Positions 20,817 through 32,969 of a DNA stretch of 64,000 bases are shown one piece after another. This DNA is from an uncultured Methanosarcinaceae archaeon (GTDB lineage: Archaea; Halobacteriota; Methanosarcinia; Methanosarcinales; Methanosarcinaceae): positions 12,871-76,870 of the forward strand of contig CAWKGG010000043.1 of the NCBI GenBank assembly GCA_963848985.1, written 5' to 3'. Numbering within the stretch: position 1 is the stretch's first letter; every line of letters starts with the position of its first letter. The position numbers and the translations under genes were made by a program. The notes beneath the pieces were generated by a model. The model was not told the DNA's origin. It made no database searches and saw nothing but the letters and a program-made list of their open reading frames with translations.

Positions 20817-22100
20817 CTATCGGGCATTGTCTTCAAGACATCTTCTAGCAGCATAACTTTCAAATGAGGCATTTGCAACTGCTTTTGCAACTATAGGTAC
20901 CATATTCTTGTCAAGGACTTCAGGGATAATATGGTCTTCACAAAGATCGTTGATTGTTACGACTCCGGCAAGAGCACTGGCTGCAGCAATTTCCATCTCA
21001 TACGTTATTTTTCTCGCACAAGTGCAAAGAGCGCCTTTGAAAATGCCCGGAAAAGTCAGACAATTGTTAAGTTGATTGGGAAAGTCAGACCTTCCTGTAG
21101 CAACGATCCTGGCTCCTGCTCTTTTTGCAGTATCTGGCATAATCTCAGGGATTGGGTTTGCCATGGCCATTACAATTGCATCTTTTTTCATCGAACGAAC
21201 CATATCATAGGTGACGATATTACCGACAGAAACTCCAATAAAAAGGTCAGCGTTATGGAGGGCATTTACGAGGTTACCTTTTAATTTTTTTGGATTTATA
21301 AGCCTAGATATCTCCTTTTTTAAAACGTTCATATCTTCTTCTCGTTCCTCATACAATATACCTTTGCTGTCACAGGCAAGGATTTTTGTAGGGTCTGCTC
21401 CTGCCCTGATAAGAAATTTGAGAATTGTAACACCTGCAGCTCCGATACCTGAAATTACTATTTTGAGATCTACTAAATCTGTTTGCACAATTTTAAGGGC
21501 ATTCAGAAGCCCGGCAAGAACCACAATGGCTGTCCCTACTGATCGTCGTGGAAAACAGGAATGGTAAGTTCTTCGCGAAGTCTTGCTTCGATTTCGAAGC
21601 AACGAGGTGAGCTAATATCATCAAGGTTAATGCCTCCAAAGACGGGGGAGAAATACTTGAAAGCGTTTATCACCTCTTCAGTATCTTGAGTGTCCAGACA
21701 GATAGGAAAAGCGTTAATATTAGCAAATTCTTTGAAAATAATTGCTTTTCCCTCCATAACAGGCAAAGCAGCATAAGGTCCTATATTTCCAAGCCCGAGT
21801 ACTGAAGACCCATCTGTGATAATAGCAACGGTATTCTTTTTCATGGTATAAATGTAGGCCAGATCCGAATTTGTGCTTATTTTCTTGCAGGGCTCGGCAA
21901 CTCCTGGTGTATAGACAACACTGAGATCATGAATTGTACGAAGATGAATTTTACTTGTAATTCCAAGCACACCCCCAAGCCTTCTTTACAATGAAAGTGA
22001 TTCTTGATATGATAAAGCATGTGTATCTTTATCTTCCTCTGTATTATGTTCTAAATTCTTTTCAATATCCTTTATAGGATCACTTTTCGAGCTTAAAACT
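20817..22100 (-). pseudogene. NAD(P)-dependent malic enzyme, disrupted
   Basis: YTPGVAEPC, VMEGKA, PVFHDDQ/GTAIV, GAAG, ATGRSDFPNQ; in-frame TAA at 21986-21988 and 1-nt deletion at HDDQ(H)GT near 21537. Confidence 0.9.
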
Positions 22101-22223
22101 GCGCGTATGTTTCTGATCCTATTACCTCCTGTGATTTGATACATAATCTGGCTAGTATTTTTAAATTTCATCTGATCCAAAAGAATTTCTACAAATAGGG
22201 ATACTTTCAAAAAAATAATTAAA

Positions 22224-22313
22224 GAAGGATTTTGAGAAATTTCTGGTTTTAACGACTTATTTATATTCTATTATAAGAAGATGAAGAAATGTAGGTGTTC
22301 ATCGAAATCCTCT
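22224..22313. mobile_element. MITE-like element, family C (about 90 bp; also about 20264-20355, 25598-25688, 39235-39325)
   Basis: Imperfect AGAGGATTT(C/T)GA(T/G)AAA terminal inverted repeats and similar length. Confidence 0.55.
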
Positions 22314-22811
22314 GTTTATTCTGACAACGAAAAATGATTCCACTCCTGTATAGATACAACCAGTTTAATGTCTATATATTTTGAATTATATAGTATATTT
22401 GATATAATAACTTTACCTGATGAAGCAAACTAAAGTGACCGTAAGTCATATTTTGGAAAAACAAAATTAGGATAAATTTGAATTATTACATACTAAATTT
22501 AAGATAAGTGCAGTTAATATCCTACAAAAGCTTAAAGACAGGAGCAAAATCAAACCGGTTTTTATTTATGAAGTGAGACTATAATTTTCATTTTTTAGGA
22601 AGAATTCTCAGCTCACAAAGCACTTCATTCAACTGCCATGGGGAATACCAAATAATTATTGATAGTGACTCTAAGAATTCTTCCTCTAGAATTTCTAGAA
22701 TTAACACTACCTATATTTGCAAATACGAAACATATTTCATCTATACATATCCGAGTAATAACCATTGTTTAATAGCTTATTATACTTTTGTTCTTTGGCT
22801 CTTCAGGACTT

Positions 22812-22942
22812 AGAGCCTATCCAAAAAATCGATAGTGTCTATTGCAAAATTTACAAAGGTCTACAATACTAGTATCCTTTAAAATTGAGTGTATTCCCAA
22901 AAGTGAAAGCTACATAGAGTAACAACATTTTCTGATAGGTAT
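22812..22942. mobile_element. MITE-like element, family B
   Basis: AGAGCCTATCCAAAAA ... TTTTCTGATAGGTAT termini. Confidence 0.6.
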
Positions 22943-23101
22943 TCATGATCTTATTTTTGTACTTGAAAATTTATCATGACGTTAAAAAAACAATTATTAT
23001 ATATGATCCTTTATGAAAGGAAATAGACAGGGATAAAGAAAATACCAAAAATCTAATTTAATCGATGGGTTCAAAGATGCTGAATAAAGGAGAATAGTAG
23101 A

Positions 23102-23956
23102 ATGGAACTAATAATTGATCCCGAATTTAAAAATTTAATACCACCGATGAAACCAGAAGAATTTCAGGGCTTAATCGAGAGTATTGCGAAATATGGGTAT
23201 GATGATTTATATCCCATCGTTATTTGGAATAATATTATTATTGACGGTCATAATAGATATTTAATTTGCAAAGAGCTCAATATTGATTTTTCTGTATCTG
23301 AAAAAGAGTTTGACAATCGTGTCGAAGTGATAAATTGGATTATTAATAATCAACTGAATCGAAGAAGTATGACAAATGAACAGAGAAACTATTTAATTGG
23401 AAAGAGGTATCAGGAAGAAAAAAAAGAAGAATGTAGACACAAAATAAAAGAAGATGTAGTTTCTTTGATCACCATGAGACCTCTTGATGGTATAGTCGAA
23501 CAAAAAATAGCAAAGAAATACCAAGTAAGTCCTAATGCTGTACGAAAAGCAGAGAAATTTGCTAATGCCATAGATGAAGTTGCGAATAATGCGAATATAA
23601 ATCCTTACAAAATTCTTGGTAGAGAAATTAAAGGTACTAGAAAAGATATAGTCGAATTGTCACAAAAACCCGCTGAACTACAAAAGGAAATAATTGAAAA
23701 GGTTGAGAAAAAAGAGATTCCTAATATTAAAACTGCGCTGAAAGAAATTGAAGATGAAATAATTTTTGATGAAATTGAAGAGTGTCCTGAAATAAATCTC
23801 AAAGAGAATGAATCTAGTAGCCCCTATGATTTAGCTGAAAAAATCTTCGGATTAATAAATAACTATAAAAAAGAGTATGATGACATCGACCTTGACTTTA
23901 TTAAAAATACACTGGAAATAGTAAATGAAAATTTAGATGAACGAGTAAAGATATAA
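23102..23956 (+). CDS. ParB/Srx N-terminal domain protein of mobile-element type
   Basis: IDPEFKNLIPP...PIVIW..IIIDGHNRY.IC...NQLNRR; HTH-like IAKKYQVSPNAVRKA. Confidence 0.8.
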   Translation: MELIIDPEFKNLIPPMKPEEFQGLIESIAKYGYDDLYPIVIWNNIIIDGHNRYLICKELNIDFSVSEKEFDNRVEVINWIINNQLNRRSMTNEQRNYLIGKRYQEEKKEECRHKIKEDVVSLITMRPLDGIVEQKIAKKYQVSPNAVRKAEKFANAIDEVANNANINPYKILGREIKGTRKDIVELSQKPAELQKEIIEKVEKKEIPNIKTALKEIEDEIIFDEIEECPEINLKENESSSPYDLAEKIFGLINNYKKEYDDIDLDFIKNTLEIVNENLDERVKI

Positions 23957-24664
23957 TCCAAAAAAGATTGCATTAGTTTATCTAAAAAAGTTGTGATCAA
24001 GTCATTATCAAAATTTGCCATGCACAACCGTAATACCAAGAATTCATAGACTAATTATAGCTTCAATAAGTGCCATTATTGTCTTTTCGGAGATCTCTTA
24101 GGGGATGAACAATTCACTATGAAGAATCTTATAAAAATATGAAAGTTAAATTTGTATTTTTTCACACAGAAAGATCAATAAATGCTTTCCACAAAGACCG
24201 ATTAGAAGCCTTTTACAGCTATTTTCTCAGTGCCCTAATTCCCATGCACTCAGTGAAAATAATAAATTATCGGCTTTTCATAAAGCTTGTACTTTGCAAT
24301 AAATTGATCCCTCATGTTCCTAAACTATTAAAATGAATTTTGATATTTAAATATATATTATTAGTTTTTTGTAATCCAGTCAAATTTAGCAGGAGCATAA
24401 TTCCTGACTAAAGATTTAATTTTAGATTGAATATGAATTTGGATTCAATTATCATGAAAATTACACTTAACTACTAACTTACTAAGGGAGATTTGAGATT
24501 CACACCCTTTTTTATAAAAAGATATATCGAATTAATAACAAATTTGATAACACTTCAGTTTTTATAGAAACTACTATAATTACCTATACCTTTTACAGCT
24601 ATTATTTATTATTACTTGAAAAATAGAGAATATTTCTTCAGTAAAATAATAACCACTTATTTAT

Positions 24665-25534
24665 TCATATTCCCAGCATCATTCGAATAGTATTCCTAGT
24701 TGCAGGAGAAAGCCCAAGAATCAAAAGGGTCATTTTGATAAGCATTTTCATTTTAGAGGACTGTTTATCATCCTCAAACTGAGTTTCAAGCAAGTAAATA
24801 ACTCCAATAAATATAATAAATTTCAATGGGTACATAACCAATGCAGTACCAGTAAGCTGAATAAGATAAGTAGGTACAACATGTTTTTCATAGTAGCCTA
24901 GTTTGTCTACTCCTACGTATGTTGAAGAAGCGTCCATCAGCTGAGCCAGCAGGATTGAGAGGTTAAGTGGGTCGGTAAATATAGAGGATTGGAAACAACG
25001 GGCAACTAGGTAGAAAGCAAAGGTCAATCCTAGTCCTGTCCCAATTACAAACAGGGAGACATAAGTGGCTACCAAGTGTTCGAAATGTAAGAGGAGAACC
25101 ATATTTGCAAAAAACCATCCAAATCCAAAGCCTGCAAAGATAAGATGAAAATCATTCAACTGACCTGCCTTCTGCAACCGAATGGAAAGCCAGAGGCAAC
25201 TTATAGTTACCGCAAAGACAATAAAATAAATATTGGGAGTTATTAGCAGATAGCTTAATGGCGGATGAACTATACCTGCAGGAGAATCTGCAAAAACGCG
25301 CAGTGAGGAACCTGCAAGCACGAAAGGTAGGACAGATGCAATGAAGCGAGGTGTGATCTTTACCTCCAACTTCTCGAGAAGCCTAAAAACTCCAAATATG
25401 CAAATCCCAAGTACCACTGCCCAGGTGAAGGTGTTTACTGGATTATATCCTGAATCTGTCCGTATGGGATCGAGATAATAGATATGGACAAACTGTGAGA
25501 TATTATCTATTAAATAACTCATCTTATCACTCAT
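24665..25534 (-). CDS. DUF63-family archaeal membrane protein
   Basis: GYNPVNT, LRV..D, LLITP.IYF, DASSTYVG, YYEKHV, LGLSPATRN. Confidence 0.85.
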   Translation of the reverse strand: MSDKMSYLIDNISQFVHIYYLDPIRTDSGYNPVNTFTWAVVLGICIFGVFRLLEKLEVKITPRFIASVLPFVLAGSSLRVFADSPAGIVHPPLSYLLITPNIYFIVFAVTISCLWLSIRLQKAGQLNDFHLIFAGFGFGWFFANMVLLLHFEHLVATYVSLFVIGTGLGLTFAFYLVARCFQSSIFTDPLNLSILLAQLMDASSTYVGVDKLGYYEKHVVPTYLIQLTGTALVMYPLKFIIFIGVIYLLETQFEDDKQSSKMKMLIKMTLLILGLSPATRNTIRMMLGI

Positions 25535-25754
25535 AGGACTTATTCACTTGGGTATTTAAATCAAGCACATTTTAATTTGTAAAAAATGATGTCTTCTAGA
25601 GGATTTCGATAAACCTGAATTTTTTTCATTTGCTTACAAATTGTATATAAATACCTCGTGAAAATTAAAAGTTAATCAAAATATTCTCCAGACAGTTGAA
25701 TGTTTTATGCTACTGATATCTAGTACTTCACCAATTAGTGGAGTCTATTCTAAA

Positions 25755-25961
25755 GCAGATTGCTTATGCAGCCGCAGATGCGGAAGACTCTGGATATGTA
25801 TGTGGATTTTGGAGAGACGTTTCCCCGCAGATTTTGGAAGGCGTGAATATAGGAAAATTAATGCAGTTTCAGAGAATAAAAACGCGAACGTTGATATAAT
25901 TATCAAGAATGGCGATGGAATTCGAAAAGAAATTATAGATAATTTAGCTCTGGTTAAATAA
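25755..25961 (+). pseudogene. Relic of a terminase-small-subunit-like / mobile-element protein (C-terminal half)
   Basis: WILERRFPADFGRRE motif; homologous relic at about 34.0 kb. Confidence 0.5.
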
Positions 25962-26385
25962 TGGAATGAGTCGCTTACTGGATAAAATTTTTCACCCAGA
26001 CTCATTCTTTTTTAATAGAATGGCCGTTCTTATTCATTTTATTTACTGGTTTAATTGTAGCCTGGATCACCAAAATTTCCACCATCACTTTTTAGCTCTC
26101 AGTGATTCAATTCTTTTGATCTGACATATTGGAAATATGGAAGAATATAGTTTACGAATGTTTCAAAAAGGTAGTGTGCTTAATTTTTAAGTTGTGTCGG
26201 AAGTTTTGCAAATTCTAATGGATTCTGTATCTTTTTTCTTCACTACAAAAATGGGATTTCTCATTTTTATGGGGGCTACAGTGGGTTATTCTACGAGATA
26301 TCAATAACTGGATCATATTGGAAATATTTATTCTGCGAATGTTTATTTATTTAGTTAGTTGTTTCATAATTATCTGATCAGTATT

Positions 26386-26745
26386 ATGGCTAAGGAACTA
26401 ATTACACTTGGACTCATTATAGTGGTATATATCATTGACAGCAACAACTACAATCGCGTTGATGGAGTCACAAACTTGGACCAATAAAGGAACCGATCTT
26501 GGGAATTCAGGCCAGTACGCTGAAGCAATAAAAGGCTATGACAAAGCAATTGAAATTGATCCACAGAATTCAGCAGCTTGGTACAATCGTGCACATATTT
26601 ATTCTCTCATCAACAACCAGGATCAATCAATTCTTAATCTGAATAAAACCATCGAGCTTTACTCATCGTATAAAGAAAAAGCAAAGAAAGAGACGACTTT
26701 AAAGGACTATGGACTGATGAAAAGTTTAAGGAACTTATTAAGTAA
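26386..26745 (+). pseudogene. Short signal peptide-TPR gene, frameshifted
   Basis: WTNKG..AIKGYDKAIEIDPQ..AWYNRA; 3' end matches the module terminus DFKGLWTDEKFKEL but out of frame. Confidence 0.75.
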
Positions 26746-27512
26746 AACTGAATAATTATTGCAATTCATCAATACAACTATCATTTCCATTGGCATAGGC
26801 AGTGAGAGCGTCACAGGGGTATTTACGAATCTTGGTATAGTCGCTGATCTTGATTTACTATAACCCCTATGGATCCTATTGGTACAATTCTGTGAACATG
26901 CACAGTTTTTTTTGTGATTAAATCCCTGGATCTCATCAGCTCCATCTGATATAAGAAAACATTGATGATCTATCACTCATGGAGCTTATGGGACTTATAG
27001 AACATATGGAACACTTGGAACTAATTTAACTAAAGCTCAATCATAAATAGGAAATTTCAGAGTTTTGCATATGTTTTTGATAATTTTATTATTCTATAGT
27101 CTAGAGAAATGTACAATTTTCTACCTAAAATAGCAAAGAGCTTATGAAATGAATATATGTTGCTTCTTTGGGCAAAGTATAATGCTAGATTCTGAAGACA
27201 TTGGAAACAAAAAAATCATTATTAATATTTAATTGTTTTTTGATTATGGAAAATATTATGTGGGATTATTTTTCGTTTAGGAACCATTTTTCATATAATT
27301 AATTTAAAATAACTACGGGGATAACTATATATTGTACTATGGATTAAATATGCTCAAAAATATATCAACACTTGTAAAGGGGAATTGCGTGGAAGGCGTT
27401 TGTCTTATTTCAAATTAAAAATACTTGTGCAGGTATATGTTCGAAATGACGGGATCCGGGAAACAGTAAAGATAACTCTTCAAAGCTTTCTTTCATTCAT
27501 GGAAGTGAAAAA

Positions 27513-29021
27513 TTGGCAATGGGTCCGATAGACTATTTGGTAAGATTATTGGATACACATTTTCCTTATCCATATAGTCTAGGTTTCTGGATTATCATAA
27601 TATGTTTCCTTATTTTTCTAGAATTTTATTCTAGATACAAGAAAGACAAAGTTGAAGAATTGAAAGAAACCTATTCTAAAAAAATTATATCTGTATTAAT
27701 ATTAATTATGACATTAACTTTTCTGGGATGTGGAAGCTATTTTTTTTATGATAATTCATGCAGTTATTTTAATATCTGTTCTCCTATCCCAAAAGATCAC
27801 TTTCGTGTTGCAATCTCACCTTTCTACGATATCCATGGAAATCCTATTTTAAAAACTCCCGAAGAAATTAAGAAAAAAATAAACAAGACTGCTGGAGATA
27901 ATATATCCGTTGTGATTTTAGACCCTCCACCAATAAAGAAAAGTGATGATGCGGAATTTCAGGGTAAAAAAAATGGTGCAAATTTTTGTATATATGGGGG
28001 AGATGACATTATATTAGGAGAAGTAATCGAAACTACATTATATGTACTCCCTATAAATATTTCTCAATTTAAACAGTTATTTGATATTAAGAATATAACA
28101 TTACCCCAAAATAATACGAATGGAGAACTGAGTTCAGACATTGAAAATGGAATAATAACGTTTTCTTCCACTCCTTATGTTAGTAGCCCAATTATATTAA
28201 GATTTGCGCAGGAAGCAATTCTATCTAGTGTACTATCTTGTGTATATACAATTTGTGCATTAGAGCACTATACAGAGCACAGATATAACGATGCGATAGG
28301 CCTTTTAAAAAACGTTCCGAACTCGGAAAACAATTCTAATATTCTGTTTTATGTTGGAAATTGTTATCTCTACCAGAATAAATTCGATGAAGCAATAAAA
28401 GCATACGACAAAGCAATTGAGATTAACCCGCAGATTTCAGAAACTTGGAATAATAAAGGAATTGCTCTACATGAATTAAATCGATCCGATGAAGCAATGA
28501 AAGCATATGACAAAGCAATTGAAATTAACCCGAATAATTCAGATGCTTGGTACAATAAAGGACTTGTTCTGTATAAATTGAATAAACAATATGAAGCAAT
28601 GAAAGCATATGACAAAGTAATTGAAATTGATCCGCAATATTCAAAAGCTTGGAATGATGAAGGCGTTGTTCTATATAATTTAAATAAATCATATGAAGCA
28701 ATAAAAGCATATGATAAAGCAATTGGAATTAATCCAAGATATTCAAAAGCTTGGAATAATAAAGGTCTTGCTCTTAATAATTTAAATAAATACGATGAAG
28801 CAATAAAAGCATATGACAAAGCAAATCAAATTAACCCGCATTATTCTGATGCTTGGTACAATCGTGCATGCATTTATTCTCTAACCAATAAAAAGGAACA
28901 ATCAATATCTAATTTCACAAAAGCCGTCGAGCTTGACTCTGCATGGAAAGAAATAGCAAAGAAAGACCCCGACTTTAAAGGACTATGGATTGATGAAAAG
29001 TTTAAGGAACTTACTAAATAA
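27513..29021 (+). CDS. Membrane-anchored TPR protein
   Basis: Two N-terminal TM helices, globular domain, about 6 TPR repeats. Confidence 0.85.
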   Translation: MAMGPIDYLVRLLDTHFPYPYSLGFWIIIICFLIFLEFYSRYKKDKVEELKETYSKKIISVLILIMTLTFLGCGSYFFYDNSCSYFNICSPIPKDHFRVAISPFYDIHGNPILKTPEEIKKKINKTAGDNISVVILDPPPIKKSDDAEFQGKKNGANFCIYGGDDIILGEVIETTLYVLPINISQFKQLFDIKNITLPQNNTNGELSSDIENGIITFSSTPYVSSPIILRFAQEAILSSVLSCVYTICALEHYTEHRYNDAIGLLKNVPNSENNSNILFYVGNCYLYQNKFDEAIKAYDKAIEINPQISETWNNKGIALHELNRSDEAMKAYDKAIEINPNNSDAWYNKGLVLYKLNKQYEAMKAYDKVIEIDPQYSKAWNDEGVVLYNLNKSYEAIKAYDKAIGINPRYSKAWNNKGLALNNLNKYDEAIKAYDKANQINPHYSDAWYNRACIYSLTNKKEQSISNFTKAVELDSAWKEIAKKDPDFKGLWIDEKFKELTK

Positions 29022-29097
29022 AACTAAATAATTAAAATAGTTATTTACGCTTAAGCTGCACGAAATTCTCTAATTTATGTTTATGAATGTTTTAAAA

Positions 29098-29546
29098 ATG
29101 AAAACGTTCCCTAAGCCTTTGGAAATTTTGTTATTGAAGACAATAGGGGAGACATTAGATTAATAACAGAATTCTTCATTGATTCTAAAATTAGAACTAA
29201 TCTTCATATTGCCGAAGATGGAGAAGAAGCAATTCGTTTTTTATGTGGAAAGGATCCGTTTTAAGGTACTCCACTCCCAGATATAATTCTTTTGGATTGG
29301 AATTTGCCAAAAAAGAATGGAAGTGAAGTTCTTACAGAAATAAAAGAGAATAATAATCTTAAAAATATACCTGTAATCATTCTAACTACTTCAAGCGCTG
29401 AAAAGGACATGATCAGGGCTTATGATCTTTATGCCAATGCCTATATAGTTAAACCCCTTGACTTTGATGAGTTCATGAAAGTAATTGGTTACATACAAGA
29501 CTTTTGGTTTAAAATTGTAACATTACTACCAAAGCCCTCGCATTAA
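29098..29546 (+). pseudogene. Single-domain response regulator (REC), disrupted
   Basis: EILL/IEDNRGD..AEDGEEA..F*GTPLPDIILLDWNLPKKNG..ILTTS..YIVKP; frameshift plus in-frame TAA. Confidence 0.85.
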
Positions 29547-30049
29547 AAAATACAGGATGAAAGGTTGGAAGAGTTAGATTGACTGTTTACCCTAATACAA
29601 TCACTTCGAATAAATATCATTCCAGGTATATTTAAATCGAAATCAGACCAACATCTCCCAATTAATTCTTTATTTCCATATCTGCTGGCAATTTCCTAAT
29701 CCTTTTGATTTGTGGTGTCTACTGGTGTCTACACTACAATATACAATTATATCCGTAGTTATTTTAAATTAATTCTATGCAAAATAATTTCTAAACAAAA
29801 GAAGTCCTGCATAAGATTTTTTGCAGTCAAAAAATAACTAAATATAATAATTATTTTTTATTATTTGTGAAGTTTTCAGGTTATAAAATTATGCTTTTTC
29901 TAAAGAATAAAACTTTACCTTGAGCCTATCAGTGGCTTATAGCTTGTTTATATTAACGTGTATAATATAGGATACCTATATTTGAAGAAGTGTGAATCCT
30001 CATTATAGTTGTGAAAATGAGATATTCTAGGTTTATATAATTGTTCGTT

Positions 30050-30545
30050 CATGTACACTTTTTATTGCAAGTATGTCTTCATTTATTTATATTTCCAATT
30101 GTTCCCAATTATTCCCGCTATTTTCCCGTTATATTCCCACAAATAATAATAATAAGGGAATTAAAATCATAAAAAATGATATATTATGTCCTAAAGTAAT
30201 AACCTAGAGTTTAGAATATCAAAAAGTATAAATTTTCTATTTCTTTTTTGCATTTTTAGGGTATTTTGGGAACAAAATGCCAAATGATTGCGTTTCAATG
30301 GGGGGAAAAGGGACTATTCGGGGAATAAAAGAATCAGTTGACTTTGTACCCTGATCAGGCTTCCTTAAGGAAGATAAAATCCTTCTCAAATAGTGGCCAG
30401 ATATTAAACTTTGAGTTATCTTATACTGAATTTGAAAGTCCTTCTTAGACTACTGCTTATCAAGGTATCTATTTCCCTTTTGTAGTCTATATCAGTTTCT
30501 TCTTTATTTTTTAACCCTTTGATCTTGTCAAGAAGCCCCCTGCTC
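30050..30545 (-). mobile_element. Decayed second copy of the rep 3' end and ori of the integrated element
   Basis: Colinear with about 930-1481; GGLLDKIK..EETDIDYKR..DTLISSS and the TTCCC/GGGAA clusters are conserved. Confidence 0.85.
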
Positions 30546-31863
30546 CTTTCAAAGATTGTTTTGTTTCTCTCCTTCAAAAACAACTTTCATATGCAGAACT
30601 ATTATGGGTGGAAGCAAGGAATTCATTATTCTAAAGAAAGTTAGTTTGTTTTAAACAACAAAAGAATTGAATAAACTTTGTTCTGGAAACGAGATCTTGT
30701 ATTCGGCATCAGTGGGTGGAGAGTTTCAAATGTTGTTAAATGAAAATGGTCGTAATACATTGGTTTTGACATATGTTAAGTTTATCTTACTTGTCTATTT
30801 CCGTACATATAATGTCGAAGAAGGCCATAAAACCCAGAATGATCATTTCCTTTATATGCTTGATAAAGTCAATGAAAATGGATCAAAACCGATAGTCACT
30901 GTCTTCGATATGTTGTATGCAAGTGTACATAACATCAAAGGTATCAGGTGAAAATAACGGCATTTTTTAATAAGATTGAATCAAAACTGTTGGTGAATCT
31001 TGGAGATACGATAAATATGCAGCTCGAAACAATTGAGACTCTCATAGTGGGTTACAAATATGCTATGTATAAGATGAACACAAGAGAAAAGATCTAGGTA
31101 GAAAGTCCTGAAAAATTGAAGAATGCAATGGAGGACTCAAACAGTTGATTGGTAAGGAAAAGTTTCAGGCAAAAAAAATTCACATAACACATTTAATATC
31201 CTTATTGAGAGCTTTTTTGAGGTTTGAGTTAAAAGAAACAGAAATGGGAGTTCTTGATTGGAAGTAAAACAATACTTCTAGTATAGCAGCGAAGGAATAA
31301 TATAACCAACCAATAACAAATAAAATTGTTTATAATCTTGGAGAAGTTGAGGGGAAAAATGTACTGAGCTCCCTACTAGGTGAGTTCTAAGGTTCTGATG
31401 CATAAAATGTAATATCTGTAGTATGTAATATACAATGTTTTTAAATCCAGGAGCATTTTAATGACATGTAATGCATGAAGCATTCAAACACTCTGTAATG
31501 CACAGGTACCGAAAATGACTTTATCAATGATGCAAATAAGTGAAGAAAAATCGTCAGCTGTTTATTGGACTCTACTTAATTAATTGCGACAAGGAATTAC
31601 AAACCTAACAACTTATTCTGGATAATGACCCCAAAACTTATAAAGCTCAAGTAACTATTAATCGACAAAATCATTATCAATTGAATTTTTGATCCAGTTT
31701 TCACTATATTTATCAATCTAAAAGAATAATTAAATATCAAAGGACTGATTTCTGCTTCTAGCTTCACATTAGATAGAATTTCCAGAAAAATATGGTAAGA
31801 CAAAAAAGAAGTAAACTTCAATAACTAGACTAAAAACAAAGAAAAATAACAAGAGGAAATAAT

Positions 31864-32058
31864 ATGGGAAATATAAGACAGACTAACATAAAAAGAATCG
31901 CGTTTAGACTGATAGAAAATTACGGAGATATTTTCACAAAGGATTTTGATATCAACAAGACTCTTGTGACACAGTATACAACTATTGAAAGCAAGGTTAT
32001 AAGGAATAGGGTTGCAGGTTATGTTACAAGAAAAGTAGCACGCATGAAAATATACTGA
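31864..32058 (+). CDS. rps17e: 30S ribosomal protein S17e
   Basis: [11 protein letters not shown]...FTKDFDINK...[14 protein letters not shown]. Confidence 0.97.
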   Translation: MGNIRQTNIKRIAFRLIENYGDIFTKDFDINKTLVTQYTTIESKVIRNRVAGYVTRKVARMKIY

Positions 32059-32093
32059 ACAGGTATTTATTTGGAACAGGGAGGATTTCTGAC

Positions 32094-32969
32094 ATGTTTG
32101 AAGGAGCAATGTCTGCCCTGATCACTCCTTTTACAAAGAACGATAGGATTGACAGGGAAGGCTTAAAGAGGAATATTACATTCGTTGAAGAGAGAGGAGT
32201 TGCAGGGATTGTACCTTGTGGTACGACTGGAGAATCGGCAACACTTTCTGCACTCGAGCACGAAGAAGTGATCGATATCGCAGTGGAATGTTCGAATGTT
32301 CCTGTAATTGCAGGAACCGGCTCAAATAACACAGGAGAAGCCCTCCAGTTTACAAAACACGCTGAAGATGCGGGTGTTGATGCAGTACTTTTGATTTCTC
32401 CTTACTACAACAAACCAAATTCTGCAGGACTAATAGCACATTTTAAGAAAATTGCAGAGGCAGTAGATATACCTATAATCCTATATAATGTTCCTTCTAG
32501 GACTGGGCAAGATGTGCCAGTAGAAGTAATCGCCGAACTTGCAAAGATAGATAATATTATTGGGATTAAGGAAGCAAGTGGAAACGTCGGCAAAGTTTCT
32601 CAGATACTGGAATTTACTGTAGATGAAAATTTCGTTATTCTATCAGGTGATGATGGGTTGACTCTTCCTATTCTTTCTTTAGGAGGCAGAGGTGTAATTT
32701 CTGTTGCTGCAAATATAGTTCCTGACAGAATGTCCATAATGGTAAATGCAGCTCTAGCTGGAGACTACGAAACTGCAAGGAAGATTCATTTTGAGATTGC
32801 CCCTCTGATTCGTGCTCTTTTTTTGGAAACAAACCCTATCCCGGTCAAAAAGGCTGCCGAACTTATAGGGCTTGCAAGTGGGCATTTGAGGCTCCCACTC
32901 GCACCCCTTAGCGAGGCAAATACCATGAAGCTTGTGGATGAACTTCGAAAATTGGAGATTATGAAATGA
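32094..32969 (+). CDS. dapA: 4-hydroxy-tetrahydrodipicolinate synthase
   Basis: GTTGES, YNVPSRTG, IKEASG, LSGDD, ETNPIPVK. Confidence 0.97.
   Translation: MFEGAMSALITPFTKNDRIDREGLKRNITFVEERGVAGIVPCGTTGESATLSALEHEEVIDIAVECSNVPVIAGTGSNNTGEALQFTKHAEDAGVDAVLLISPYYNKPNSAGLIAHFKKIAEAVDIPIILYNVPSRTGQDVPVEVIAELAKIDNIIGIKEASGNVGKVSQILEFTVDENFVILSGDDGLTLPILSLGGRGVISVAANIVPDRMSIMVNAALAGDYETARKIHFEIAPLIRALFLETNPIPVKKAAELIGLASGHLRLPLAPLSEANTMKLVDELRKLEIMK

Noticed and set aside
21536-21538. TAG after HDDQ in malic enzyme, and TAG at 49227 in copA, as pyrrolysine codons
   Set aside because: Homology continues in a different frame, so these stops result from frameshifts
14859-29021. TPR repeat pair as a diversity-generating retroelement TR/VR
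   Set aside because: Differences are few and not adenine-specific, both copies are coding, and no reverse transcriptase is present in the window
30667-31150. Possible decayed ORF(s)
   Set aside because: No recognisable motif; cannot support a call
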